A stretch of DNA of 26,780 nucleotides from a virus (lineage: Duplodnaviria; Heunggongvirae; Uroviricota; Caudoviricetes), in the IMG/VR virus record IMGVR_UViG_2713897161_000007; one strand, given 5' to 3'. Position 1 is the first letter of the stretch. Every line of letters starts with the position of its first letter. Below, piece after piece: positions 1 through 8,862 of the stretch. The position numbers and the translations under genes are program-made. The notes beneath the pieces are model-generated. The model saw nothing but the letters and a program-made list of their open reading frames with translations, had not been told where the DNA came from and made no database searches.

Positions 1-1002
1 TTACCCTCTATTGTCAAAAGGGTTCAATTCAACAGCAGCCTCTAAATGACCTGGAGCAAAATGCGCATAACGCATAGTCATTTTTATATCGCTATGCCCC
101 AGTATTTTTTGCAACACAAGAATATTTCCGCCCCGCATCATAAAATGACTGGCAAACGTGTGACGTAGCACATGAGTTAATTGCCCATCAGGAAGCTCGA
201 TCTTCGCTCTCTTAATTGCAGCGTCAAAAGCCTCATAACATGGTGAAAATAGCGCTCCTCGTTTTTGAGGAAGCATAGCCTGCAATTGAGGTGAAATCGG
301 TACAGTGCGGTTCTTCTTTCCTTTAGTTTTAACAAATGTGATTCGACCGGGCAGTACTTGAGATTGCTTTAATCCTTCAGCTTCACTCCACCGAGCACCA
401 GTCGCAAGCCCAATACGGACAACAACCCCCAAATCTTTATTCCGTGACTCATCACACGCAATCAGAAGGCGTTCAATCTCATCTACATACAGAAACGCCA
501 GTTCCTTTTCTTCCTCACGAAACTTGCGAATACCAGTCAGGGGGTTTTCACCAGACCACTCCCCAAGGCGCTTCAGTTCGGCAAAAACAGCATGTAGATA
601 TGACTGCTCGCGATTAACGGTTGCTTCACTAAGTTTTTTCTTCCCCTTGGGATTCCATTCTCCTGATAGCCTTCTTTCCCGATAAGTAGCAAACATATTT
701 TTGTCAAACTGAGAAGCAAATGGATCCCCCAGCCTGGAACAAATCGCCTCAAGTTTGACTTTGCGCTCTGCACCAGAGGACAAGGTTTTACCGTACATCT
801 CAAACCAACGAGCAATCAACTCAGAAAGACGAGGACCAGAACCATCTTGAAACTCGTCTCCAACTCTACTATTCATTAAACGGCGCTCATAAGAGAGCGC
901 CTCACTTTTTGTCGCAAACTGTTTACGAATGCGTTTTCCCGATGCCCCGTAGGGATAACATTCGCAAAGCCATTTACCTGATGGAATCTTACGAACCGAC
1001 AT
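1..1002 (-). CDS. int: Tyrosine recombinase / phage integrase, P2-186 family
   Basis: 333-aa ORF. C-terminal catalytic signature (TGARWSEA, RITFVKTKGKKNRTVPIS, HVLRHTFASHFMMRGG, GHSDIKMTMRYAHF) typical of P2-type integrases. Confidence 0.9.
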   Translation of the reverse strand: MSVRKIPSGKWLCECYPYGASGKRIRKQFATKSEALSYERRLMNSRVGDEFQDGSGPRLSELIARWFEMYGKTLSSGAERKVKLEAICSRLGDPFASQFDKNMFATYRERRLSGEWNPKGKKKLSEATVNREQSYLHAVFAELKRLGEWSGENPLTGIRKFREEEKELAFLYVDEIERLLIACDESRNKDLGVVVRIGLATGARWSEAEGLKQSQVLPGRITFVKTKGKKNRTVPISPQLQAMLPQKRGALFSPCYEAFDAAIKRAKIELPDGQLTHVLRHTFASHFMMRGGNILVLQKILGHSDIKMTMRYAHFAPGHLEAAVELNPFDNRG

Positions 1003-1007
1003 TTTAG

Positions 1008-1355
1008 TTACTTATCACATAAATCAAATGCAGCCTTAGTGACATCCCCCAGACTCTTTTTTAACCCTGGGGCGGCATCATTATCTAGCCAAAATGGATT
1101 ATTGTTATCTAACGGTAACGCACCAAATGTTTTACCTTTTATTCGAGCTAAACCTGTAAGCGCATATAACTTATTATCGTCAAAATTCATCACATAAGGA
1201 TTACCATCAAGACACTGTAATTGAACCTCATCAGTATTAAATGGCCATACCCCATTGAAACTCTCACGTTCAATAGTTTTAAAAGGCATTGCGACGGCGG
1301 AAAAAGAAAACATAGATAAAAAAGTAACTAATAGTTGAACCTTTTTTACTTTCAT
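1008..1355 (-). CDS. Secreted protein of unknown function (N-terminal signal peptide, two Cys); cargo in lysogenic operon
   Basis: 115-aa ORF with hydrophobic N-terminus (MKVKKVQLLVTFLSMFSFSAVA). Packed 5 nt upstream of int on the same strand. AT-rich relative to phage core. Confidence 0.55.
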   Translation of the reverse strand: MKVKKVQLLVTFLSMFSFSAVAMPFKTIERESFNGVWPFNTDEVQLQCLDGNPYVMNFDDNKLYALTGLARIKGKTFGALPLDNNNPFWLDNDAAPGLKKSLGDVTKAAFDLCDK

Positions 1356-1384
1356 ATCATTACCTCAATTTAGCTCAAGTAAGA

Positions 1385-2035
1385 TTACAAATTAAAAAAC
1401 ACCCTAGAAATGGCACCGCCTACCAAAACCCCTACGCAGATAAAGAATATTATTTCTTTTGGATAAAGTCGGATTAATTCTGAAGCACGAAGTCGAACTT
1501 CTGGTAAGGCCGAACTCTCTGTGTGACTTGATGCCGATTGTTGCTCTAACCACGACAATGCAGACTGTAACTGAGAACGAGTAAGATCGTTTAAACGTCC
1601 TGTACCGAAATTGATATGGCAATACCGCAGAAGTTTTTGTCGAAGTCCACAGTCTTCACTGTTACGTAGTAATAAACTTACAAGAGTCTTACAGGCATCA
1701 TGATCTTTACATCGCTCAAGCATTGCATGCAGAAAACTCTCCGCTGTTTTATATTGATTTACTGTCATATCATCAATACCAGCTACACCAATCTCCGCAT
1801 GTACTTTTTGCCAAATAATAAACGCTTCAGTATTGCTAGCTTCTGCAATAGCAGCAACCAAGCTATTTAGCTCCTTACGCTGAGCCTTAAGCAAAGGGCG
1901 ATCGTCATCATCATTATTCGAAGGGATTGCGATATTGACGGTATGAGAACCATCATATCGCTCTATCTGAATATTCTTTTCGTGAAAATCACGCCCAGCA
2001 ACGCGATTGTTTGAACCGTTTGAGTTGACGGCCAT
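1385..2035 (-). CDS. Tail-anchored membrane protein of unknown function (single C-terminal TM); cargo in lysogenic operon
   Basis: 216-aa ORF. C-terminal hydrophobic stretch IIFFICVGVLVGGAISRVFF. N-terminus carries NNRVAGRDF, echoing the repressor C-terminus. Confidence 0.55.
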   Translation of the reverse strand: MAVNSNGSNNRVAGRDFHEKNIQIERYDGSHTVNIAIPSNNDDDDRPLLKAQRKELNSLVAAIAEASNTEAFIIWQKVHAEIGVAGIDDMTVNQYKTAESFLHAMLERCKDHDACKTLVSLLLRNSEDCGLRQKLLRYCHINFGTGRLNDLTRSQLQSALSWLEQQSASSHTESSALPEVRLRASELIRLYPKEIIFFICVGVLVGGAISRVFFNL

Positions 2036-2050
2036 GTCACCTCCCTACTA

Positions 2051-2455
2051 TCACCTACCCTTAGTTTCGTTATAGTCACGACCAGCGATACGGTTATTAC
2101 CACCAGAAATATTTAACTCACGTCCTGATGGCTGAGTTTCCTTTTCACTGATCGCACCTTTTAAAGCCCCGATCACCGCGTTTTTCACATCTAACGAAGC
2201 TGCTCGAAAGCGAGTAATCAACTCCTGCTCATCATCGTTATAAGTTTCAGGTGAGTGAATTCCCAACACAACATACTGAACATCAAGGCCAAAACGAGAC
2301 AGCGCTGCCAAATACGCAGCATCAGGAAAGCTATCTCCTTTCTCATATCTAAGCTGAGTTAGCTTTTTGACTCCACCAATGTCGCTCATGGCAACTTGAC
2401 TAAGTCCCAATCTTTCCCTTTCCTCACGCAACCGCTGACCAATATCATTTTTCAT
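2051..2455 (-). CDS. HTH (XRE/Cro-CI type) transcriptional repressor, probable prophage immunity repressor (P2 C analogue)
   Basis: 134-aa ORF with N-terminal HTH (QRLREERERLGLSQVAMSDIGGVKKLTQLRYEKG). First gene of the leftward operon ending in int. No LexA-like peptidase domain. Confidence 0.7.
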   Translation of the reverse strand: MKNDIGQRLREERERLGLSQVAMSDIGGVKKLTQLRYEKGDSFPDAAYLAALSRFGLDVQYVVLGIHSPETYNDDEQELITRFRAASLDVKNAVIGALKGAISEKETQPSGRELNISGGNNRIAGRDYNETKGR

Positions 2456-2464
2456 ACAAAAACC

Positions 2465-2493
2465 TTGACAGGTATCTTTTTTGATACCAAAAT
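2465..2493 (+). promoter_or_regulatory. Divergent switch region: TTGACA -35-like hexamer followed by palindrome GGTATC-N6-GATACC (candidate operator)
   Basis: TTGACA at 2465-2470; perfect inverted repeat GGTATCttttttGATACC at 2471-2488 in the 75-bp gap between divergent repressor and early operon. Confidence 0.4.
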
Positions 2494-2530
2494 GATTTCA
2501 CGAGCTATTAGATGATCACAATATACCACT

Positions 2531-2737
2531 ATGAAACAAGTTCTTCACGATACCAGATCACGCATTCCGCGTAACACCGCCACAGGTCCAAGACTGGCAC
2601 TTCGGCTGTCCCTCGAGGAGCGAGCCGTCATTGATGAAATGGCAGCTAAAGAACAACGCTCATCCTCTAACATGGCGCGCATGATCTTCCTTCGCGGCCT
2701 AGAGCTAACCCAGAAAGAACAAAACAAATCTTCCTGA
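2531..2737 (+). CDS. Small ribbon-helix-helix-like regulator (first early gene; Cox/Apl/Cro position)
   Basis: 68-aa ORF; RLSLEERAVIDEMAAKEQRSSSNMARMIFLRGLE resembles CopG/MobC-type RHH proteins. No clear SD, so start uncertain. Confidence 0.45.
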   Translation: MKQVLHDTRSRIPRNTATGPRLALRLSLEERAVIDEMAAKEQRSSSNMARMIFLRGLELTQKEQNKSS

Positions 2738-2753
2738 TCAGGAGGCTAGTGGG

Positions 2754-2957
2754 ATGTCAGGTATAACCATCAATATCAATGTGAATGCCCCCTATGTATC
2801 CCTGCAGAAATATGCAGAGATAACAGGTATCCCTCTTAATACATGCAAAAAGATGTTGGCTGACGGTCGAATTATTATCCGCCCCAAACGCGCCAAAATG
2901 GAAAAGCCTGAAGTAAACCTTGTGGCGATGTTAAAAGACGCTTTGGCTAACAGCTAA
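2754..2957 (+). CDS. Small HTH DNA-binding protein (excisionase/regulator-like)
   Basis: 67-aa ORF with AGGAGG 8 nt upstream of the ATG. HTH-like segment VSLQKYAEITGIPLNTCKKMLADGRI. Confidence 0.55.
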   Translation: MSGITININVNAPYVSLQKYAEITGIPLNTCKKMLADGRIIIRPKRAKMEKPEVNLVAMLKDALANS

Positions 2958-2978
2958 AACAATGAACAGAGCATCATC

Positions 2979-3329
2979 ATGAAAAAAAACACTAATAATC
3001 CATACTCCAAATTTCGTAATGGCGTAGAACGCCATGTACACCACGTCGCTACCAGTGCATCACGTAGTAACAGCCGCTATAACCTGAACGAGACGCACGC
3101 AACACCAGATGGGCACGCTGTAAAACAAATCGGCGAACACACCTGGCTGATTGAGAAAGCTGGAATCGTGGTTCACAGATGCCCACACAATCCGTTTACC
3201 GGAAACCGCATTTTTGCATTAAGCAGCGGCGATAATCAGTTCGGGCAGGATTTCACATTGTACGAAGCACTACGCACAGTCGATCGTCTGCTTCGCGGGC
3301 AAAGTTTTATTAAACAGGCTGCTTTATAA
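2979..3329 (+). CDS. Hypothetical early protein
   Basis: 116-aa ORF, co-oriented and tightly packed in the early operon. Confidence 0.5.
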   Translation: MKKNTNNPYSKFRNGVERHVHHVATSASRSNSRYNLNETHATPDGHAVKQIGEHTWLIEKAGIVVHRCPHNPFTGNRIFALSSGDNQFGQDFTLYEALRTVDRLLRGQSFIKQAAL

Positions 3330-3339
3330 CAGGTGCTTT

Positions 3340-3618
3340 ATGACTAAAGACCATGCACAAGGTGTATTTATCCGCTTTATTGATTTTCGCGGTGAACTGT
3401 TATTACGCGCATCAGCTATTGACGGAGTAGTTCCATCTGAAAAAAACGCAGCTACCTACGTTTATCTGAACGGTACACGCCTGACTGTAGAGCTTCCGTA
3501 CCAGATCATTCGCGAAATAATTAGCGAAGCCGAAAAATCTCGTCAGGTTAATGGCGATGAACCCTATATCGAGATTATCTGCATGGATTCAGAAGCTGAA
3601 ATTCAGAAAGCAGATTAA
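3340..3618 (+). CDS. Hypothetical early protein
   Basis: 92-aa ORF in the early operon. Confidence 0.5.
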   Translation: MTKDHAQGVFIRFIDFRGELLLRASAIDGVVPSEKNAATYVYLNGTRLTVELPYQIIREIISEAEKSRQVNGDEPYIEIICMDSEAEIQKAD

Positions 3619-3629
3619 AGGGTGTTGCG

Positions 3630-3872
3630 ATGGATAAAGAATATAAAACTCTCATCAACAAAGCACTTGAGCGTTTTTATTTTCGTTTAAGCGCATCCGG
3701 CGCTCATTCAGAACGTGCAGCCCGTGACTCATTGACCAGGGCTATCCGGAGTCTGTATGACGTAGCTTTTTACGCTGACGATCTGGATGCACTTAATGAA
3801 CTTTCTGAGCTTATCTGCGCCGCAGAATGCGGGGAGCATATTGAGCCGTACAAACTGGGAAATATCGCATGA
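3630..3872 (+). CDS. Hypothetical early protein
   Basis: 80-aa ORF in the early operon. Confidence 0.5.
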   Translation: MDKEYKTLINKALERFYFRLSASGAHSERAARDSLTRAIRSLYDVAFYADDLDALNELSELICAAECGEHIEPYKLGNIA

Positions 3873-3982
3873 GTATATTTATATCCTGGATTGTTCTTAT
3901 TATTTCGGTGGTTTGTGCAATTGGTATTATGCGAATTATTAATTCAGTAAAAAAGATTGAACGCTTTTTCACTGGCGAATAA
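3869..3982 (+). CDS. Small hydrophobic peptide (37 aa, one predicted TM), overlapping upstream gene by ATGA
   Basis: Translation MSIFISWIVLIISVVCAIGIMRIINSVKKIERFFTGE. Below the ORF-track size cutoff; AT-rich. Confidence 0.35.
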   Translation: MSIFISWIVLIISVVCAIGIMRIINSVKKIERFFTGE

Positions 3983-4068
3983 CCGCATAAATAAAACCCC
4001 AGCTTAAATAAAAAAATGTGAACACAATCTGCATTCGCAGAGGTATTCACACACACCAAGGAGGCGTA

Positions 4069-4272
4069 ATGGCAATTAAGCATTTTCCTGTCGTTCGTTT
4101 CACCTCCAGAGGACGTGAATACGAAGTCGACGAACGTCTGATTACCACAATCGACAAACACCGCTCAGAAAAGGATGCACACCACATCTATCTCACTGAC
4201 GGCACTTACTTTTGCGCCACTAATGTGGCGCGGGTGAATCTTATCCGACAGGTACAGGATCCACGCAAATGA
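4069..4272 (+). CDS. Hypothetical early protein
   Basis: ATG at 4069 preceded by AGGAGG (longer track ORF starts at 4018). Protein MAIKHFPVVRF... Confidence 0.45.
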   Translation: MAIKHFPVVRFTSRGREYEVDERLITTIDKHRSEKDAHHIYLTDGTYFCATNVARVNLIRQVQDPRK

Positions 4273-4487
4273 GTAGGAGAAGAATCACTCGCAGACATCA
4301 CCGAACACACCTGAGTTCCTCAGCAACGCTAAAGGCACTTATTCAAAGCGAGATCGGTGATTTCTTCGCGGGAGTTGGCTCACCAGGCGAACCAGAAACA
4401 CCAGAAGCGATGCAGCGTGAGCTCATGATACGCATAGATAACACTTTTGATTTCTTCTACAGCATGCACGGAATTAAACAGAAATGA
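4269..4487 (+). CDS. Hypothetical early protein
   Basis: 72-aa ORF; start overlaps the upstream stop. Confidence 0.45.
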   Translation: MSRRRITRRHHRTHLSSSATLKALIQSEIGDFFAGVGSPGEPETPEAMQRELMIRIDNTFDFFYSMHGIKQK

Positions 4488-4595
4488 ACCTCAAGCCAGC
4501 AATAACTACTCGTAGAACGTCAATTCCTGTAACCGACCGCTTCTGAGTTTTTTGGCAGGAAGCCTTCGCACATCTGTAGTAAAGAGAATTGCAGC

Positions 4596-4985
4596 ATGAT
4601 TGACGCTCATGACTTCACAAGATGGGTGCGCACACAGGACACCCGTCTGGCTCCCGTTCTTCAGGGATTATTTGATCTCTACATCCGTGGTCGTGACAAC
4701 AGAGCACGCACCACAAAACCGGAGAATGCAGACACCCTTTATTTCACAGTAGACGACTGCTACCGCGTGGACTTCACACCACACGGGCTGGCGTTGCACT
4801 GCCTGACACCACACGGCGAATCACTGCTGGCGTATTACGACTCCCCGGCCTCCATATTTGCGGCAATGCTGGCGCATCGCACTGCTGGCGGGTGTGCCTC
4901 GCTGAGTGAATACTCCGCTGAATTTAACCGCCTTTCCGCCCTCTTCTCACAGGAGTGGCAGCGCGTGACGGGATACCAGCCATGA
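4596..4985 (+). CDS. Hypothetical protein immediately upstream of replication gene A
   Basis: 129-aa ORF; its stop overlaps the A start (ATGA at 4982-4985). Confidence 0.5.
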   Translation: MIDAHDFTRWVRTQDTRLAPVLQGLFDLYIRGRDNRARTTKPENADTLYFTVDDCYRVDFTPHGLALHCLTPHGESLLAYYDSPASIFAAMLAHRTAGGCASLSEYSAEFNRLSALFSQEWQRVTGYQP

Positions 4986-7822
4986 GTGCGTTTGCATGGA
5001 GCTGGAATGAACCACGGCCAGCCATTGATCCGGCCAGATTTACGGAGCGCAGGCAGGAAACTGAAACCGACCTGCAACGCGCCATCCGTTACTACCTTGA
5101 GGCAAACAAAAGGGCACAGGAAGAACAGGAAGCGAAGGAAGAAGCCTTTTTCGCACAATCCACCGTGGGTAAAAAACTCATGGCATCCCTTGAGGAAGCC
5201 GGACAGCGTGAAAAGCTGGCACAAAGCATCATCAGCAAGCGTCAGGCAACAGAACAAGACCCGGTGGCCCGTGCTTTTGCCACACTGAAGGTGCTTCCCG
5301 TTTATCTGCGTGAACCTCTGAGCCGCCACCTCTCTTTTCTGCGCAAGAAGCAGGAAGCCGATCGTCAGAAAGGCAAAAAGAGCTGGCAGGCTGAACGCTA
5401 CGCGCGCGGAACCCTGCGCAAAATATTCGAACGTCTGGACCGCACCGACAGCCGCTGGCTGACACCGGGCTATCGCTCCCTTGCCGGACGCGAACGCCTG
5501 GACGATTTGCTTTACCTGCCGCAGCTCAACAAACACCAGATACAGACGCTGGCCACCATGACGGCGGCGATGTTCAGTGGCACTTTTGAAAAACTCTGCG
5601 ATGGCTTTGGCGCGACCGATGGCGAGCTGACCATGGATGTAACGCTGAAGGCGTATCAGATGCTGGCCCGCATGGCGTTACACCTGCACGCTATGCCTCC
5701 ACATTATGACGCTCTGACAACAGACAAAGACCGGAGGAATGAACCGGACACGGAGCTGCTGCCGGGCGCAATCCTTCGCCTGACCTGTGCGGAATGGTGG
5801 AAACGCAAACTGTGGCTGTTACGTTGCGAGTGGAGAGAAGAACAACTCCGCGCCGCCTGTCTGGTTTCCAGAAAAACATCACCCTATCTGAGCCAGGACG
5901 CGTTAAGCGAGTTTCGCGCACAGCGCGAGAAAACACGCGATTTCCTGAAAAGTTTCATGCTGGAAAACGAAGACGGGTTCACGATTGATCTCGAGACAGT
6001 GTATTACGCGGGAGTAAGTAACCCGATTCACCGTAAGGCAGAAATGATGGCCACCATGAAGGGGCTGGAACTTCTGGCCGAAGCCCGTGGCGACAGAGCG
6101 GTGTTTCTGACTGTCACCTGCCCGTCAAAATACCACGCCACAACAGAGAACGGTCATCCGAATCCCAAATGGAACGGGGCCACCATGCGCGACTCCAGCG
6201 ATTACCTGGTTAACACGTTTTTTGCGGCGGTCCGCAAGAAACTGAACCGCGACGGCCTGCGCTGGTATGGCATCCGCACGGTGGAGCCTCACCATGACGG
6301 CACCGTGCACTGGCATATGATGGTCTTTGCTCATCCGGAAGAAATCGACACCATTGTGTCCCACACCCGCGATATTGCCATTCAGGAAGACCGCCACGAG
6401 CTGGGCAATGATATTACTCCGCGCTTTAAGGTGGAGTATGTCGACGGCTCAAAAGGCACGCCAACCAGCTACATCGCCACCTACATCGGAAAGAACCTGG
6501 ACAGCCGCGCCGTGGATGGCATCGACCCGAAAACGGGCAAGCCACGCGTTGACCACGAAACCGGAAAATCAATGGCCGAGAGCGTGGAACGCGCCATCGG
6601 CTGGGCACGCCTTCACCGGGTCCGCCAGTTCCAGTTCTTTGGCATCCCCTCCCGTCAGGTATGGCGTGAACTCCGCCGCCTTGCCAGCCAGATGGCACGC
6701 AACCCGGAAGGCCCACAACGGCTGAAGGATGATGCAATGGATGCGGTACTCGCTGCCGCTGATGCCGGATGTTTTGCCACCTACATTGAAAAACAGGGTG
6801 GCGTACTTGTTCCGCGCAAGGACTACCTGATTCGCACAGCCTACGACCTCGCAGATGAGCTGAACGATTACGGCGAACAGAGTGTACAGATTTACGGGAT
6901 CTGGTCGCCATTCATCGGGGAATCCTCCCGTGTGTGCACGCATCCGGATAACTGGAAGCTGGTAAGACGTAAACCGGAAGCGGAAGACAGCGCCCGCGAA
7001 AATGGTTTTGACCTTCAGGGCGGCCCTGCCGCCCCTTGGACTCGTGGCAATAACTGTCCCCGTGTACAGGAAACAGGCAACAACGGGACAGAACAGCCGG
7101 AAGAACGGCCAGCACCGTGGCCGCAGCTTCCTGACGGCGTTGAAGTAAATGAATGGATGCGCTCACTGAAACGGCACGAACGCCGGGCGCTGATGCGTTC
7201 GCTTCGTGACAAACAGGCAAAAAACAGCAGCGATGAAATGCAGAACTGGACACAGAGCCGCAAACAGCAGCGGCCTTTGCCTGATAACCACGAGTTACTC
7301 GCTAAAGAATGGCGGGAGTCTGCTGAATCTCTCGGCCTGCATATCGGTGAACAACAGATGCAGCACCTGTTACGGGGCGGCAGTCTGTACGTTGACGGCA
7401 GCATCATTGCACCGCAGGGATTTGAAATTGTACGCAAACCGGATACCCGCCCGGACAGCCGAATCACGCAGCTCTGGCAGCGTCTGAGCCGTAATCATGG
7501 CGTAAGCAGCACGGAGATCCGCCATAACCCGGTCGCCAGCTATCTGGCACAGCTGGGGGCATCAGACCCTGAAGCCGCCGCACGCCTGGCATCCACACTT
7601 CAGCAGGACCAGAACACCATGAAAACACCCGTTACCGTGCTTTCTGACATGCTGCGCGCCATCCGCGACGCAGAGCACGCACAGAGAATCAGTGAAACCA
7701 CTGAACGCGCCAGCCGCAAAGCAGACCTGCTGCGGGGTGGCCTGACCAGTGGAAACAAAAAACAGACAGAAACGGGACTCACGAATCCCGTAAATGAGCA
7801 AAAAACGCGCAGCGATATATGA
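4982..7822 (+). CDS. A: Rolling-circle replication initiator (HUH endonuclease), P2 gene A homologue
   Basis: HUH motif in TVHWHMMVF and paired catalytic tyrosines in YIATYIGK. Position matches P2 A. Start at 4982 or 4955. Confidence 0.85.
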   Translation: MSAFAWSWNEPRPAIDPARFTERRQETETDLQRAIRYYLEANKRAQEEQEAKEEAFFAQSTVGKKLMASLEEAGQREKLAQSIISKRQATEQDPVARAFATLKVLPVYLREPLSRHLSFLRKKQEADRQKGKKSWQAERYARGTLRKIFERLDRTDSRWLTPGYRSLAGRERLDDLLYLPQLNKHQIQTLATMTAAMFSGTFEKLCDGFGATDGELTMDVTLKAYQMLARMALHLHAMPPHYDALTTDKDRRNEPDTELLPGAILRLTCAEWWKRKLWLLRCEWREEQLRAACLVSRKTSPYLSQDALSEFRAQREKTRDFLKSFMLENEDGFTIDLETVYYAGVSNPIHRKAEMMATMKGLELLAEARGDRAVFLTVTCPSKYHATTENGHPNPKWNGATMRDSSDYLVNTFFAAVRKKLNRDGLRWYGIRTVEPHHDGTVHWHMMVFAHPEEIDTIVSHTRDIAIQEDRHELGNDITPRFKVEYVDGSKGTPTSYIATYIGKNLDSRAVDGIDPKTGKPRVDHETGKSMAESVERAIGWARLHRVRQFQFFGIPSRQVWRELRRLASQMARNPEGPQRLKDDAMDAVLAAADAGCFATYIEKQGGVLVPRKDYLIRTAYDLADELNDYGEQSVQIYGIWSPFIGESSRVCTHPDNWKLVRRKPEAEDSARENGFDLQGGPAAPWTRGNNCPRVQETGNNGTEQPEERPAPWPQLPDGVEVNEWMRSLKRHERRALMRSLRDKQAKNSSDEMQNWTQSRKQQRPLPDNHELLAKEWRESAESLGLHIGEQQMQHLLRGGSLYVDGSIIAPQGFEIVRKPDTRPDSRITQLWQRLSRNHGVSSTEIRHNPVASYLAQLGASDPEAAARLASTLQQDQNTMKTPVTVLSDMLRAIRDAEHAQRISETTERASRKADLLRGGLTSGNKKQTETGLTNPVNEQKTRSDI

Positions 7823-7870
7823 AGCGCGCACAAAACAGGCAAAAACGGGATTTCAGAATCCCGTAAACGA
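7759..7870. repeat. Two copies of a ~39-bp direct repeat, each with an internal palindrome ACGGGA-N7-ATCCCGT; candidate parC-like centromere/operator or origin element
   Basis: 7759-7797 and 7832-7870 are about 85% identical by eye. Palindromes at 7772-7791 and 7846-7865. Straddles the A stop and the parM upstream region. Confidence 0.5.
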
Positions 7871-7898
7871 TTAATTAATCAACATAAGGAAAACCGAC

Positions 7899-8858
7899 AT
7901 GAAAATTTACATCGACGACGGCTCCACCAACATCAAGCTGGCATGGACTGAGAACGGCGAACGCCGCAACGCCATCAGCCCGAACAGCTTCAAGTCGGAA
8001 TGGTCTGCGCCGTTCGGTGGCTCGCAGCCTGCTAACTACATGCTTGATGGCGTGCGCTATGGTTTTGATCCGGTCAGCGATCGCTTTGTCCAGACGACCG
8101 ACACGCAATACCAGTACAGCGATGTGAATGTCATTGCCATTCATCACGCGCTGGTCAAATCAGACATCACGCCACAGGAAGTGGATGTGGTTGTTACCCT
8201 GCCACTGAGCGAATATTTCGACACAAACGCACAGCCGGACATGGCCAACATCAACCGCAAAAAAGCGAACGTCATGCGCCCGGTGGAGTACCAGAACGGC
8301 GAAGCATTCACTATCCGTAACGTACGGGTTATGCCTGAATCCATTCCGGCTGGCTTTAAAGCACTGGCTGACATGAGTCCGTTTGAATCCCTGCTGATTG
8401 TGGATTTGGGCGGAACCACGCTGGATGTGGCAAAGGTTCAGGGGCAACTGGCAGGTATCAGCCAGGTGTTTTGCGATCCACACGTAGGCGTTTCTCTTAT
8501 GGCCGATGCCGTACTGTCGGTGATGGCCACTAACGGTATGCGCACCAGTCACCACATCGCCAATACCATTATCGAACATCGCCATAATGAAGCCTGGCTG
8601 CGCCAGCACATCCACAATGACGCGCATTACGCCAGCCTGATGGCGGTTATTCGTGAAAAGGAAGAAACACTGAAACAACGCGTGATCCGCGCGCTGGCGG
8701 TTTTTTCGGGTTACGGGCGGGTGATGGTTGTCGGTGGCGGGGCGGAGATTGTGGCACCCGCTATCCGCGAAGCCTGCGGAGTTAATGCGACTTTCATCGC
8801 GGACGGGGTGCCACAGTTTGCTCTGGTTAATGGGCTGTACGCAATGGACAAGGAGTAA
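7899..8858 (+). CDS. parM: ParM/StbA-family actin-like ATPase
   Basis: 319-aa ORF. N-terminus MKIYIDDGSTNIKLAW...ISPNSFKSEW and YSDVNVIAIHHAL match the plasmid R1 ParM signature. RBS AAGGA 8 nt upstream. Confidence 0.8.
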   Translation: MKIYIDDGSTNIKLAWTENGERRNAISPNSFKSEWSAPFGGSQPANYMLDGVRYGFDPVSDRFVQTTDTQYQYSDVNVIAIHHALVKSDITPQEVDVVVTLPLSEYFDTNAQPDMANINRKKANVMRPVEYQNGEAFTIRNVRVMPESIPAGFKALADMSPFESLLIVDLGGTTLDVAKVQGQLAGISQVFCDPHVGVSLMADAVLSVMATNGMRTSHHIANTIIEHRHNEAWLRQHIHNDAHYASLMAVIREKEETLKQRVIRALAVFSGYGRVMVVGGGAEIVAPAIREACGVNATFIADGVPQFALVNGLYAMDKE

Positions 8859-8862
8859 ACCA

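Noticed and set aside
4835-7831. Multiple minus-strand and out-of-frame ORFs inside gene A (for example 4835-5536, 6426-6943, 7015-7467, 7562-7831)
   Set aside because: Embedded in or antisense to the rolling-circle initiator gene; Arg/Cys-rich translations typical of non-coding frames.
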